The position numbers and the translations under genes are program-made. DNA of 63,431 nt, filler included, from Alphaproteobacteria bacterium (GTDB lineage Bacteria > Pseudomonadota > Alphaproteobacteria > Caedimonadales > UBA9215), in NCBI GenBank assembly GCA_024280495.1. It is 8 parts of 8 records of this genome, joined end to end, with 100 filler letters (N's around TTAATTAATTAA, not from the genome) between each part and the next. Parts side by side here need not be neighbours in the genome. Positions count along the whole stretch, not along the records: positions 48,272 to 60,345 come from JAJRPZ010000010.1; positions 60,446 to 63,431 come from JAJRPZ010000024.1; 6 more parts are not named here. One strand, written 5' to 3'. The notes beneath the pieces were generated by a model. It searched no databases. It was given only the letters and a program-made list of their open reading frames with translations, and was not told the origin of the DNA. Of the stretch, positions 53,052 to 63,431 are shown in pieces. Every line of letters starts with the position of its first letter. Within the stretch, counting starts at the first letter, position 1.

Positions 53052-53681
53052 CTAAGCAGCAACTGGAGTCGGTGCCTTGGTGACAACTTCATCAACAATA
53101 CCAAATTTTTTGGCTTCTTCGGCATTCAAAAAATTATCACGCTCCATGGCATCTCCAAGGGTTTTAATGGTTTGCCCCGTGTGATCTGAATAAACTTGAA
53201 TCAACTTCTTTTTCAAAGTTACAATTTCTCTGGCATGGATTTCAATATCCGTTGCTTGACCACGGAATCCACCCAATGGTTGGTGAATCATAATTCGTGA
53301 ATTTGGCAAAGAATAACGTTTTCCCTTTTGGCCTGCCAATAATAAAGTTGCCCCCATGGAGGCTGCTTGACCAATACAAAGGGTTGCAACATCAGGGCGG
53401 ATATATTGCATGGTGTCATACATGGCAAAACCAGAAGACACGACACCACCTGGAGAGTTAATGTACATGTAGATATCTTTATTTGGATTTTCTGCTTCGA
53501 GGAAAAGCAATTGCGCGCATACAAGAGTGGACATGGTGTCATTGACTTCACCGGTCACAAAAATGATGCGTTCTTTTAATAAACGTGAAAAAATATCATA
53601 GGATCTTTCCCCGCGGGCTGTTTGTTCCACAACCATTGGAACCAAGGTATTTTGATAAACGTCTAAAGAATCTCTTGCCAT
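53052..53681 (-). CDS. clpP: ATP-dependent Clp protease proteolytic subunit
   Basis: [31 protein letters not shown]. Confidence 0.98.
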   Translation of the reverse strand: MARDSLDVYQNTLVPMVVEQTARGERSYDIFSRLLKERIIFVTGEVNDTMSTLVCAQLLFLEAENPNKDIYMYINSPGGVVSSGFAMYDTMQYIRPDVATLCIGQAASMGATLLLAGQKGKRYSLPNSRIMIHQPLGGFRGQATDIEIHAREIVTLKKKLIQVYSDHTGQTIKTLGDAMERDNFLNAEEAKKFGIVDEVVTKAPTPVAA

Positions 53682-53777
53682 GGGGCACTCCTATTATTTA
53701 TATATGTGTCATCATACTATAATAATTAAGGCTCGCCAAAGGCTAATGCATTTTTTCCTAAAACCATTTTTTCCCAT

Positions 53778-53803
53778 AAAAAAGGAGGGTCAAACGACCC
53801 TCC
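53778..53803 (-). terminator. intrinsic terminator after tig
   Basis: GGAGGGTC-AAAC-GACCCTCC hairpin with a T-run on the minus strand. Confidence 0.7.
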
Positions 53804-53827
53804 CCTCTTCATAAATTATGAAATAAC

Positions 53828-55177
53828 TTAAGCTTCTGCCTCAGTTATTTTCTTAACGGCTTTTTCAAGGTCTGCTTGTGAAACTTCTTTTTCTGTCACA
53901 GTGGCTTGCTCAATGATGAGCTTAATAACTTTGTCTTCAAAAATTGGCGCCCTTAAAGTTTGTTGAGCGTCAGTGTTCTTTGCAAAATAATCCATGACTT
54001 TTTGTTCTTCACCAGGGTAACGACTTGCTTGCTCTATCATAGCCTTATGAAGTTCTTTATTTGTCACTTCGATTTTGTTTTTATTACCAATATCGGCAAG
54101 CAAAAGACCCAAACGCACGCGACGCTCTGCAATAACACGCATATTATCTTCTTCTTCTTGCTCTTTTTTAGTTTTTTTCTTATTTGTCTCTGAATCTTTA
54201 TCATCTTTTTTCGATGATGCTGCCTCTTTTGGCATGATTTCTGTTAATTCACTTTCAACCAAAGTTGTTGGTAAATCGAATTTTTCATCTTCAAGGGCAT
54301 CCAAAACATCACGTTTTGAAATCATAAATGACATTTTATCATTTTCAACTTGAAGTTGTTCTTCAACCGCTTTTTCAAAATCTTCACGATTTTTAAAACC
54401 AACTTTTTCGCAAAATTCATCATTAATTTCAGGAGTGATAGATTCATGAATATCTTGAAGAGTGCAGTCAAATGTTGCATCCAAACCAGCCAAATCAGAT
54501 GAAGAATAATCATCTGGGAACTTAACGTCGATTTTTTTATCTTGACCTTTTTTCATGCCGACAATTTGGTCTTCAAAACCTGGAATAAAATACCCAGAGC
54601 CTATCTCCAACTGGACATTTTTGCCAGACCCACCAGAGATTGGGCCTTTTTTTGTGCGACCTTCGAAATCAACAAAAACAACATCACCTTTTTTAGCAGC
54701 ACGTTCTTTTATCAAAGCTTTGGTTGTTTTATTTACGTTAACGACACGGGCAATAGTCTCATCAATTGATTTTTTATCAACTGCTGCCTTAAGTTTTTCA
54801 ATTTTGACTTTTTTCTTGATATCAACATCATTAATTTCAGGAAGGACTTCAAATTCGTATGTGCAGACTAATTCTTGATTTTCTTCATAAGAATCAACGG
54901 TAATTTGAGGTTGACCAACGGAACGCAATTTTTTATCCGCTAGAATTTGGCGATAGGTTGCATCAATGACTAAACGGATAACTTCAGGACGAACGGTGCC
55001 CTCATAACGCTTTTGTAGAATTTGAAAAGGGACTTTACCAGGACGAAAACCAGGAATTTTAGCATTTTTACCAGTTTCTAAAATACGTGTCTTAACACGC
55101 ATTTCGATAAGCTCAGGGGCAACAGCCACTTGATAAGTATGTTTCAAACCGTTTATTGTATCTTTTTTGATTTCCAT
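53828..55177 (-). CDS. tig: trigger factor
   Basis: IPGFRPGKVP, FIPGFEDQ, AERRVRLGLLL; start placed at MEIKK after AAGGA. Confidence 0.96.
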   Translation of the reverse strand: MEIKKDTINGLKHTYQVAVAPELIEMRVKTRILETGKNAKIPGFRPGKVPFQILQKRYEGTVRPEVIRLVIDATYRQILADKKLRSVGQPQITVDSYEENQELVCTYEFEVLPEINDVDIKKKVKIEKLKAAVDKKSIDETIARVVNVNKTTKALIKERAAKKGDVVFVDFEGRTKKGPISGGSGKNVQLEIGSGYFIPGFEDQIVGMKKGQDKKIDVKFPDDYSSSDLAGLDATFDCTLQDIHESITPEINDEFCEKVGFKNREDFEKAVEEQLQVENDKMSFMISKRDVLDALEDEKFDLPTTLVESELTEIMPKEAASSKKDDKDSETNKKKTKKEQEEEDNMRVIAERRVRLGLLLADIGNKNKIEVTNKELHKAMIEQASRYPGEEQKVMDYFAKNTDAQQTLRAPIFEDKVIKLIIEQATVTEKEVSQADLEKAVKKITEAEA

Positions 55178-55258
55178 TAGAAAAAGGATCCTTTGAATGC
55201 ATTGGATGTCGTTGATATAGTGTACCTGATATATCTCATGGGGAATATATCTAATAAG

Positions 55259-55343
<85 letters not shown>

Positions 55344-55556
55344 ATTAAAATTGGACACAAAATTATGATGTTTTTTTAATAGCGCTTTTTAAAGGTATTG
55401 GCAATGGGGAAATGTGGAAAAACTTAAGAAATGATTCAAATAGGCGGTGTTCACATGATATAATAGTATAGCTTGTTCGTTAAAATCAACAATAAGGTAT
55501 AAGCAAAGGTATAAGCGTAAGAATCATTCGCTTTAAAATGAACAGGGATCATCATC

Positions 55557-55928
55557 ATGAAAATTATTACCCACGAAACAAACTACATTGAAATTCATCC
55601 CTCAACCCCCATTAAAGAAAATATGTTCAATGAACTATCAAAGCATATTGATTGTTTTATAGAACATAAAGGCCACACATCCTTACTAATTGACCTTCAA
55701 AATTTCAAGGGATGGCATTCTTTTCATGACTTTATAAAACATATTCAATTTATCCAACACCATCATCGTAATGTCAAAAAAATTGCTTTTATGACTTATA
55801 ATATTTGGCAAACATACCTTCCCCTTATAATGAAACCTTTTTTAAAAACGAAGATACATACTTTTCAGAATTGCTCATCTGATGTTGCAAAGGACTGGAT
55901 TCTTCATCCCGTTTCTCAAGAAGGGTAA
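55557..55928 (+). CDS. STAS/SEC14 (SpoIIAA-like) domain protein
   Basis: LLIDL.NFKGW.....F..H..F...H...VKKIA...AKDWI. Confidence 0.75.
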   Translation: MKIITHETNYIEIHPSTPIKENMFNELSKHIDCFIEHKGHTSLLIDLQNFKGWHSFHDFIKHIQFIQHHHRNVKKIAFMTYNIWQTYLPLIMKPFLKTKIHTFQNCSSDVAKDWILHPVSQEG

Positions 55929-55934
55929 CCAAAC

Positions 55935-57146
55935 ATGTCTCCTTTTTTAGGCAATATTATTGTCGTAAGTTCAATACTTTTTATAATACCTTTCTTTTTT
56001 CTAAAAAAATTTAGGACCTCGAAAACATGGCAGGCGACAGTCACTCCCCTTGCCTCCATCATTGGAAGTGGTTTTTTAATCTCTGCCCCCCTTGTTGTTA
56101 TAACGACAGGAAGCTGGGCCCCCTTAGCTATGCTCGTCATTACAGTCATAGCCTATGGTCTGGGGAGTATTATGCGTTTTAATATCAATATATTAGAACC
56201 TCTTTTAGAACACGGAAAAGAGTTGAAAACACTGGGTACCATAGAGAAAATTTCCCACCCTACCCTTGGTATCGCCTATATGATATCCGTTGCCTTTTAC
56301 CTCAAACTTCTTGCTGTCTTTTTTTTCCAAGCCTTCAATATAAATAACCATATGTATGAGAACACCCTCACCACGATAGTGCTCTGTTTTATCGGAGGTA
56401 TGGGATGGCTAAAAGGACTCAGCATTCTTGAAATTCTTGAAAAATACGCGGTCAATATCAAGCTCATTATTATTAGTGCGCTTATTATTGGGTTCTATGG
56501 TTTTAACATTTCTGAATTTCAACAAGGAAAATGGAAAATACTTGAGCACACAAATTTCACCCCGTGGGAATCTTTTAGATATCTTCTTGGCATTTTAATT
56601 ATTGTACAAGGATTTGAAACGTCACGATATATGGGGGATTTATATTCAAAAAAGATGCGTATAAAAACCATGAAGTATGCCCAACTTATTTCAGGATTTG
56701 TCTACGTCACTTTTGTTGCCTCAGCCATGATTCTTTTTAATGATATCGGCACAATTAATGAAACAGTTGTTATTGAACTATGTCGGAAAGTTGCCCCTAT
56801 TTTACCACCGCTTCTTATTATTGCAGCGATTATGAGTCAGTTCAGCGCAGCCATTGCCGACACCATTGGTAGCAGTGGCCTTATTTCAGAAGCCACATCA
56901 AAATTCATTTCCATTAAAATGGCTACCCTCATGACCGTCACCGCTGCTTTAATACTTGTATGGGCAACAAATGTTTTTGAAATCACTGTTATAGCCTCAA
57001 AAGCTTTTGCACTTTATTATGGCTTTCAAGCCTTCATTGCCACGTACCTTGCATATGAACAAAAAAATATGAAGAAAGTTATTCTTTTTGCAGCTCTGCT
57101 TACCCTCATGATTTCCATTGTACTTTTAGGGAAACCCCTTTCATAA
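55935..57146 (+). CDS. APC-superfamily-like membrane permease
   Basis: About 12 TM helices; TVTPLASIIGSGFL (TM1 GSG), VQGFETSRY, SQFSAAIADT. Confidence 0.7.
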   Translation: MSPFLGNIIVVSSILFIIPFFFLKKFRTSKTWQATVTPLASIIGSGFLISAPLVVITTGSWAPLAMLVITVIAYGLGSIMRFNINILEPLLEHGKELKTLGTIEKISHPTLGIAYMISVAFYLKLLAVFFFQAFNINNHMYENTLTTIVLCFIGGMGWLKGLSILEILEKYAVNIKLIIISALIIGFYGFNISEFQQGKWKILEHTNFTPWESFRYLLGILIIVQGFETSRYMGDLYSKKMRIKTMKYAQLISGFVYVTFVASAMILFNDIGTINETVVIELCRKVAPILPPLLIIAAIMSQFSAAIADTIGSSGLISEATSKFISIKMATLMTVTAALILVWATNVFEITVIASKAFALYYGFQAFIATYLAYEQKNMKKVILFAALLTLMISIVLLGKPLS

Positions 57147-57170
57147 AATAATTGTTTTAAGTCAACCTAA

Positions 57171-57353
57171 TTAAATCGATGATGAGTCCTCACCGTCATG
57201 GCCAGGAATAGAGTATCTTCCAGTAAACCAATGCCCGAGATCAATATTCTTGCAACGTTTAGAGCAAAAGGGCCTAAATGCCCGTAACCCTTTTTTTTCG
57301 CAAAGAGGACAATTTGTTTTCAGTTCTTTTTCAAGGAGTTTTCTCTCTTCCAT
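57171..57353 (-). CDS. yacG: DNA gyrase inhibitor YacG
   Basis: CPLC...RPFCSKRCKNIDLGHW. Confidence 0.92.
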   Translation of the reverse strand: MEERKLLEKELKTNCPLCEKKGLRAFRPFCSKRCKNIDLGHWFTGRYSIPGHDGEDSSSI

Positions 57354-57360
57354 ATTATCC

Positions 57361-58509
57361 CTATAGCTTGTATTTCATCAGAGTTGATTTAATAGAATTT
57401 CCATCTTTGCGTTTGGTAAATTCAAATAACCCTGATTTCGTCGGACCCAAAACTTGTAAGTATGAATCTTCATAGGATTTCACATTTTTTTCAAGGGCTC
57501 GTTGATGTTTAGGATTGGTCAAACGTGGTAAATCCAAGAGAATTATGCCTCCAATACGACGCAAAAAAACCTGCCGTAAGGCTTCATTTAAGGCCGTATT
57601 TGCAAAATCAAACAATCCTTGATCACTGGCAATACGAACCCCCATACCTTGAACACTTGCAGCACTTGTATTCACATCAATGGCCGTTAATGCGTGCCCT
57701 TCTTCAATGATCAAATGTCCACCACCAGGAATTGGCACGACATCTTCTTGTGTTTCTGTCATCCAGCAATCAAATTGACCCTGCCATGCTGGCTTAAGAT
57801 CAAACTCGATTTGTTCTGACGAAAATCCCTGTGTTTTTACCGTTACAACAACATTTGAGTCATCAGTAATAAGTTTCGTCTCCGTGGAATCAGTTAGAGA
57901 TTCAACACAGGTTTCGAGCCATAATGGCAATGGAGATTCAATAACTAAACCTGGTTTTAATCCTTCGATGGATTTTTCTTGAAGAGCTTTAAATCGTGTT
58001 TTCAACCCGTCCAGATCCCCTGAAAGAGCCTCAAAACTTCGACCATAAGAAGACTCACGAATCATAAGACCTTCGGATTCAGGCATAATATTTCGAAAAG
58101 ACTCGAGCATATCTCGGCGCCAATTCTTATCTTTGATTTTGGAAACAGCGTGCACACCCTTTTTATAGGGCATATAGGTCATTCCTTTAGAAGATAGCAT
58201 AAGGGCATCGCTTACTTCCGCTGGTTTTGAAGAATAGCGTTCTTGAAGGGCTGTTTTTTTAATTTGAACCAACACCCCCTGCCCTTGCTCATAATCAGCG
58301 TGACGGTGTTGCATCACCGCTGGTTTGTCAAGACCAATATCAACCCAATAAAGATCTTTTCTCTTTGCAACAACACGGCCAAAAAGGATGGTCCCCACAT
58401 AAGGACCTCCCTCATCAATAATGAGGTCTAATAAAAAGCCATCTTGGGTCACGGCTACACAAGTTAAGGGAGAGTCTTTATAAGAACGAATATAAAGTGT
58501 ATCGGACAT
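57361..58509 (-). CDS. ribonuclease E/G family protein (RNase G-like)
   Basis: S1-like N-terminus, ALTAIDVNT, LRRIGGIILLD, G.TKSGLFE.TKR; between infA and yacG. Confidence 0.8.
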   Translation of the reverse strand: MSDTLYIRSYKDSPLTCVAVTQDGFLLDLIIDEGGPYVGTILFGRVVAKRKDLYWVDIGLDKPAVMQHRHADYEQGQGVLVQIKKTALQERYSSKPAEVSDALMLSSKGMTYMPYKKGVHAVSKIKDKNWRRDMLESFRNIMPESEGLMIRESSYGRSFEALSGDLDGLKTRFKALQEKSIEGLKPGLVIESPLPLWLETCVESLTDSTETKLITDDSNVVVTVKTQGFSSEQIEFDLKPAWQGQFDCWMTETQEDVVPIPGGGHLIIEEGHALTAIDVNTSAASVQGMGVRIASDQGLFDFANTALNEALRQVFLRRIGGIILLDLPRLTNPKHQRALEKNVKSYEDSYLQVLGPTKSGLFEFTKRKDGNSIKSTLMKYKL

Positions 58510-58527
58510 CAGGACGGTAATTCCTGT

Positions 58528-58746
58528 CTATTTTGCACGAAAGGTAATACGACCCTTTGTCAGGTCATAAGGTGTCATCTCAACGGTAACGGTATCATTC
58601 AAAAGAACACGAATTCTATTTTTACGCATGCGTCCTGAAACTTGTGCCAAAATAATATGACCATTTTCCAACTCAACACGGAACATCGCATTCGGAAGAA
58701 TTTCCACAACAACACCTTGAAACTCAATTAAATCTTCTTTTGCCAT
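58528..58746 (-). CDS. infA: translation initiation factor IF-1
   Basis: [11 protein letters not shown]...[13 protein letters not shown]...[13 protein letters not shown]. Confidence 0.98.
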   Translation of the reverse strand: MAKEDLIEFQGVVVEILPNAMFRVELENGHIILAQVSGRMRKNRIRVLLNDTVTVEMTPYDLTKGRITFRAK

Positions 58747-58911
58747 ACTTTTATATTACCTAATTTGTATAATTATAGTGTAGGTATACCCGATTTCAAT
58801 GAATCATCCAAGGAGGATCTTTTAAAAGCTTTTTTTTTGACATTTCATCAATGATGCTTAGACTTTTTTAAGGTTTTCAGGCAATACTTAAAGAAAAAGT
58901 ACGCTATTATT

Positions 58912-59715
58912 ATGGATATAGATTTTCTCATTATCGATACCCTTGATTTCATTCGCTCTTCCACGACGGATCTATTTGCCCTTGGGTGGTTTTTAGTCTG
59001 TTGGATCGGATATAGCGTTATTGTTGATAATTTCATCACGAGTTCAAGGGGGCTCAGTGCTCGCATGTACCTTTACCGTATTCAATGGATGACCAATGTC
59101 CTAACACGGGAAAACCGAGTGGTGGATGTAAATATTGTAAGTTCACTTCATCAAAGCATTTCTTTTTTTGCTTCAACCTCTATCTTGATTATTGCTGGTA
59201 TACTTGCCATCGTAGGGTCATCGGATGCGGCCCTCACTGTCATTCGAGAACTTCCCTTTGCTAGCCAACCCACTCTCGCCATTTGGTATACAAAGCTAGG
59301 ACTAATGGTGATTCTCTTTGTTTATGCTTATTTTAAATACACATGGGCTTTAAGACAATTGAACTACGCCACTATTTTGATTGGTGCCATGCCTCTTCAA
59401 AAGGACAATATGGACGATTATATTCCTGCATCAAGGCGCGCTGCAATGGTTCTCACCATGGCTGCAAAACACATGAATAGAGGACTTCGGACCTATTATT
59501 TTGCCCTTGGAGGTATTGCTTGGCTTTTAAATCCTTGGTTTTTTATTATCGCCACGACGTGCATTGTTTGGATTCTTTATAAAAGAGAGTTTGATTCAGA
59601 CATCGTTCGTGTTCTCAACATGCCAAGTGAGGAAAAAATCTTTTTATCTGACTCTCATTACAAAACTGATCTTAAAAATGAAAAAGAACGTGTGAAAGAA
59701 GAAAAAAATAAGTAA
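58912..59715 (+). CDS. DUF599 family membrane protein
   Basis: R..WM....RENR..D, FFASTS, F.W.LRQ.NY, N.GLR.YYF. Confidence 0.85.
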   Translation: MDIDFLIIDTLDFIRSSTTDLFALGWFLVCWIGYSVIVDNFITSSRGLSARMYLYRIQWMTNVLTRENRVVDVNIVSSLHQSISFFASTSILIIAGILAIVGSSDAALTVIRELPFASQPTLAIWYTKLGLMVILFVYAYFKYTWALRQLNYATILIGAMPLQKDNMDDYIPASRRAAMVLTMAAKHMNRGLRTYYFALGGIAWLLNPWFFIIATTCIVWILYKREFDSDIVRVLNMPSEEKIFLSDSHYKTDLKNEKERVKEEKNK

Positions 59716-59727
59716 AAAAAGCGTCCT

Positions 59728-59813
59728 TAGTGATTTCAAAAATGTTTCAGCCTATAAGGAACGAGGGAGAGATGATGATGATGACGTCGGGGGTGTCTTT
59801 TGGAATCACTATA
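59728..59813 (-). repeat. degenerate copy of the 107-bp MITE-like element
   Basis: TAGTGATTTCAAAAA...CGAGGGA...GACGTC...CTTTTGGAATCACTATA retains both IRs; the interior is decayed. Confidence 0.6.
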
Positions 59814-60162
59814 TCGAAATTTGAATTACCAGGACATCCAAATCTGATGCAGATTCATTTTTAAGGCCATGAGACTCGTAAGGCGAATTGAGGATCATAT
59901 CGCCCTTTTTAACATCAACAGTTTTACTATCTAAAGTCATCACACCCTGACCGTCCAAGATAATGTACATTTCTTCATTATCACCGTGCTAGTGCAATCC
60001 AATGCTTGATTGAGGAGGGACAACCATTCGATCAATAAAATCAACTTTACTTTTAAAATCGGATTTTTCCCAAATTTCATAAAGTGTCATGGGGCCTTGA
60101 CCACAATGAGATCCTTCTTGAACTTCGCCTTTTTCAATCAAATAATTTTTAATAGTAGAGAT
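59809..60162 (-). pseudogene. cupin-domain protein pseudogene
   Basis: One frame reads ...VVPPQSSIGLH*HGDNEEMYIILDGQG...GDMILNSPYESHGLKN...ISI*. In-frame TAG at 59989-59991; ATC where an ATG is expected after AAAGGAA. Confidence 0.8.
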
Positions 60163-60184
60163 ATTAAAGATTCCTTTTTTTACT

Positions 60185-60345
60185 TTAGTGATGCAAAAAC
60201 AATGGAAAATCACATTTTTTCATAATGGTTTTTGTTGAGGATCCAAAAAGAGCTTCGCGGATGGCAGTATGGGAAAACCCTCCCATAACCATCATAGAAA
60301 CATCCATTTCATGGGAGATAGAGATTAACTGTTCTGCTAAATTAC
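60185..60345 (-). CDS. universal stress protein, C-terminus (partial)
   Basis: Reads MMVMGGFSHTAIREALFGSSTKTIMKKCDFPLFLHH*. Confidence 0.75.
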
Positions 60346-60445
60346 NNNNNNNNNNNNNNNNNNNNNNNNNNNNNNNNNNNNNNNNNNNNTTAATTAATTA
60401 ANNNNNNNNNNNNNNNNNNNNNNNNNNNNNNNNNNNNNNNNNNNN
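60346..60445. other. artificial contig spacer
   Basis: N-run + TTAATTAATTAA + N-run. Confidence 0.99.
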
Positions 60446-61677
60446 AATAAAGGCACCTCTTCACCAATCATATTTTCGGCTCGGAGTTTAACCGCAGCGC
60501 CAAGTCCAACAGCACTATGAGGGTCGGCAACATAGCCATTTTGATTATAATAATCTAAGATTGTTTGTTGTGTGGCTTCTTCATCAATTTTATAAGCTGC
60601 AAAGAATGCGCGTAGTGGCTCTAATTCACTTGCAGAAAGACTAAATTTTCCTTTATCCGCAAAATCTGCCATTAGAGACTTAACGCGCCCTGCATCTCGG
60701 TCTGACAATTCAAACAACAGCCGCTCAAAGTTACTAGAGACCTGAATATCCATACTTGGGCTATCCGTTGCGACAACACCTTGAGGCTGATAAATGCCCC
60801 CATGCAAAGTACGCGCGAGAATATCATTTACATTGGTCGCAATCACAAGCTTTTCAATTGGCAGTCCCATTTTGTGGGCAACATATCCAGCGAAAATATC
60901 TCCAAAATTCCCTGTGGGCACAGAAAATGCCACTTTACGATCTGCACTGCCCCCAAGAGCCGCAAAAGAGGTGAAGTAATAAACCACTTGCGCTAAAATA
61001 CGCGCCCAGTTAATAGAGTTCACACCCGCAAGCTTTAATTCATCTCTAAAATCAAGGTCATTAAACAATCCCTTTACCAAAGCTTGGCAATCGTCGAAAT
61101 TACCTTCAACCGCAATATTATAGACATTACTTTCTGTCGGCGTTGTCATTTGCTTACGCTGCACATCACTGACGCGACCATGTGGGTGAAGAATAAAAAT
61201 ATCAATAGCATCTCTGCCGCGAAACGCTTCAATCGCTGCGCCGCCCGTATCACCAGACGTTGCCCCCACAATTGTGGCACGTCTATTCTCTTCACTGAGC
61301 GCATTATCCATCAGTCGCGCTAAAATTTGCATAGCAACATCTTTAAAAGCAAGCGTAGGCCCATGAAACAGCTCAACCAACCAATCATTACTGTCCATTT
61401 GAACGAGCGGCGTTACAGCTTTATGGTCAAACGTGGCATAGGCTTCTTTAAGCATCGTCTTAAAACGGGCTTCATCCAAATCAGCACTTATAAAAGGCCA
61501 CATAACTTCAAAGGCCACATCAACATAAGGTTTACCTGCAAAACTTTTTATGGTTTCTGCCGAAAGATGAGGCCATGTTTCTGGTACGTAAAGCCCGCCG
61601 TCACGCGCTAAGCCCGCGAGCAAAGCACCGTTAAAACCTAAAACTGGCGCATCCCCGCGCGTACTTACATATTTCAC
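60446..61677 (-). CDS. thrC: threonine synthase (3'-truncated)
   Basis: MKYVSTRG, ELFHGPTLAFKD, GATSGDTG, NSINWAR, VPTGNFGD, SPSMDI. Confidence 0.96.
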
Positions 61678-61730
61678 TTCATTTCTCCAAAAGTTAAGGG
61701 TACAGCCGCAATATTTCTTTGTCTTAAGCC

Positions 61731-62543
61731 TTAAGCCTTGCGTCTTTCGCCTGCAAGAAAAAAACCTGTAATAATCAGCAAAGTGAGCGCAAAACTAAAC
61801 CAAGTCATCATATAGGTAAAATGATTATTGGCTGGTTTTAAAATCGTTGTCCCTGCTTGAGGCCATTGAGCATTATGATCATTTTTTTCAAGGTCTAAAG
61901 AAAAAGGTAAAATTTTAGATATTTTTTCGCTCTGGTTTTGCAGCTTATCGGTTTGCTTTTGAGAATCATCTAATCTCGTGATGACAAAACCATTCGCCCC
62001 AAAAGCCCCCACAGACATATCTAAAATTGAACGCCAAAAATATTGATTTTTTTTGATGGCATTATCAGGATTAAAGTAAGAACTTTTCTCCTTTAACCCC
62101 ATACGAAACAATCCTGTGATCGTTAGCTCTGTAGATGGCGTTGCCACCTCAGCCGTTTGTTTTTTACGATAAAGGTCAGGAATAAAGCCACGATTGACAA
62201 AAACAAATTTATTTTTTTCATACTCAAAAGGAGTATAAATCGTCCAGCCAACTTGCCCCTGACGCTGCGTAAAAAAGTAACGTTTTTTATCATGGTGATA
62301 ATGACCCAACAGGCTAACACGACTATATTCAGCCTTGTTGATACCCTCAATTTTAGCTTTTGATTTTTCAATTACCGCTGATAACGAAATAGGCTGAGCC
62401 GTGCTATTTTCCTCAATAAGCGTGAGAATATCAGCTTTCCATGCCATACGCTCCCATTGCCAATTCCCCAAATAAATCAAGGTCACAAACATCACCAATG
62501 ACATGATAATAACATAAAGTTTTTTTTGAAAAATATCTAACAT
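61731..62543 (-). CDS. SURF1 family cytochrome oxidase biogenesis protein
   Basis: LGNWQWERMAWK, VNRGFIP, NNHFTYMMTWF. Confidence 0.92.
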   Translation of the reverse strand: MLDIFQKKLYVIIMSLVMFVTLIYLGNWQWERMAWKADILTLIEENSTAQPISLSAVIEKSKAKIEGINKAEYSRVSLLGHYHHDKKRYFFTQRQGQVGWTIYTPFEYEKNKFVFVNRGFIPDLYRKKQTAEVATPSTELTITGLFRMGLKEKSSYFNPDNAIKKNQYFWRSILDMSVGAFGANGFVITRLDDSQKQTDKLQNQSEKISKILPFSLDLEKNDHNAQWPQAGTTILKPANNHFTYMMTWFSFALTLLIITGFFLAGERRKA

Positions 62544-62582
62544 AATGATTTAAACACCGCCTTGAAAAAGAACAAATACGTT

Positions 62583-62990
62583 TTATAAGTCGGTATATTT
62601 TCCTTCTCTGGCATTGCGTGAAAACTGATTATTCACCCACCACCCCTTAAGGGGACGCAATATTAATAATGGCAAAATAATCACCACAGGCAACCAAATC
62701 ACAGCATGAATCCAATAGGCTGGTTGATATAAAATATCAACAATCACAGCCGCAGTTACCACGATAAAACCGACAATAAGCATCACAAAAACGGCTGGGC
62801 CATCACCACTATCTGCAAAAGAATAGTCAAGGTCGCACTTATTACAACAGGAAGCCAATTCCAAATAACCTTCAAAGAGCTTGCCCTCTCCGCACTGCGG
62901 ACAACGTCCCATAACACCTGTTTTCACAGCTGAAAGAGTTTGGATCTTTTCGTCTTGTTCCATATCATCAAAACCTCTCTGTAAAAACAC
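62583..62990 (-). CDS. DUF983 family protein
   Basis: GRCPQCGEGKLF.GYL...C..C.LD....DSGDGPA, LRPLKG. Confidence 0.88.
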   Translation of the reverse strand: MFLQRGFDDMEQDEKIQTLSAVKTGVMGRCPQCGEGKLFEGYLELASCCNKCDLDYSFADSGDGPAVFVMLIVGFIVVTAAVIVDILYQPAYWIHAVIWLPVVIILPLLILRPLKGWWVNNQFSRNAREGKYTDL

Positions 62991-63076
62991 GCATTGAGTA
63001 TAATTGAATATATAGGCCAGTCACCCAGCGCTCCGTATTTTAGAGTTTCCGTGCAACAGGCCTATAAAATAACAAA

Positions 63077-63108
63077 AGAGCAGCCCTTCTTTTCAGAAGA
63101 ACTGCTCT
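63077..63108. terminator. hairpin downstream of the cytochrome oxidase subunit III gene
   Basis: AGAGCAG..CTTCT-TTTC-AGAAG..CTGCTCT. Confidence 0.55.
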
Positions 63109-63195
63109 GTCATATTTAACAAGGTTTTTTAAATTTACAACTTGTGATTATGTCGCCATCAACAATAGAGCCTAGGCCCTATCAATAAACGAGCT

Positions 63196-63431
63196 TTAAC
63201 TCGCAGGCGTACCCGCACCAAGAACATAAATAACAACAAAAAGGAACAGCCAAACCACATCAACAAAATGCCAATACCAAGCAGCAGCTTCAAATCCAAA
63301 ATGTTGTTTTGGGGTAAAATGTCCTTTCAAGGCACGCATCAACACCACAAACAAAAAGATTGTACCGATGATGACATGGAAACCATGAAAGCCAGTAGCC
63401 ATAAAGAAGGTTGAACCATAAATATTACCTG
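63196..63431 (-). CDS. ctaE: cytochrome c oxidase subunit III, C-terminus (partial)
   Basis: [31 protein letters not shown]. Confidence 0.95.
   Translation of the reverse strand, partial: GNIYGSTFFMATGFHGFHVIIGTIFLFVVLMRALKGHFTPKQHFGFEAAAWYWHFVDVVWLFLFVVIYVLGAGTPAS

Noticed and set aside
57361..58509. Second RNase E/G gene as a novelty
   Set aside because: An RNase G-like paralogue beside infA and yacG is common in alphaproteobacteria.
59989..59991. Pyrrolysine or amber recoding in the cupin gene
   Set aside because: TAG is a normal stop in several genes here, no pyl genes are visible, and the start codon also appears mutated.

Overview
The window is not one locus. It is eight contigs joined by artificial 100-bp spacers (44 N + TTAATTAATTAA + 44 N), so adjacency across spacers means nothing. 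Most content looks like an AT-rich alphaproteobacterium, probably a Holosporales/Rickettsiales-like host-associated lineage (inference). Housekeeping genes include grxC, rnhA, metK, lnt, atpC, ligA, cca, trmB, ruvCAB, prfB with its +1 frameshift, trkA, skp-lpxD-fabZ-lpxA, rne, uvrC-pgsA, tig-clpP, infA and two tRNAs. Highlights: (1) a gene-transfer-agent/prophage-like cluster (HK97 capsid, head-completion genes, unrecognised putative tail-tip genes, cell-wall hydrolase, putative holin) with no visible tail tube or tape measure, interrupted by a Rickettsia-type SAM-uptake transporter; (2) intact but strongly diverged flagellar genes (fliK, flgD, flgE, flagellin) with sigma54-type promoters; (3) a 107-bp palindromic MITE-like family with four copies; (4) a diverged T2SS/type IV pilus-like cluster; (5) remnants of ISKra4, IS5, IS256 and IS30 elements. 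Contigs 45039-48171 and 60446-63431 may come from a different alphaproteobacterium. All homology calls come from motif recognition by eye; no searches were run.
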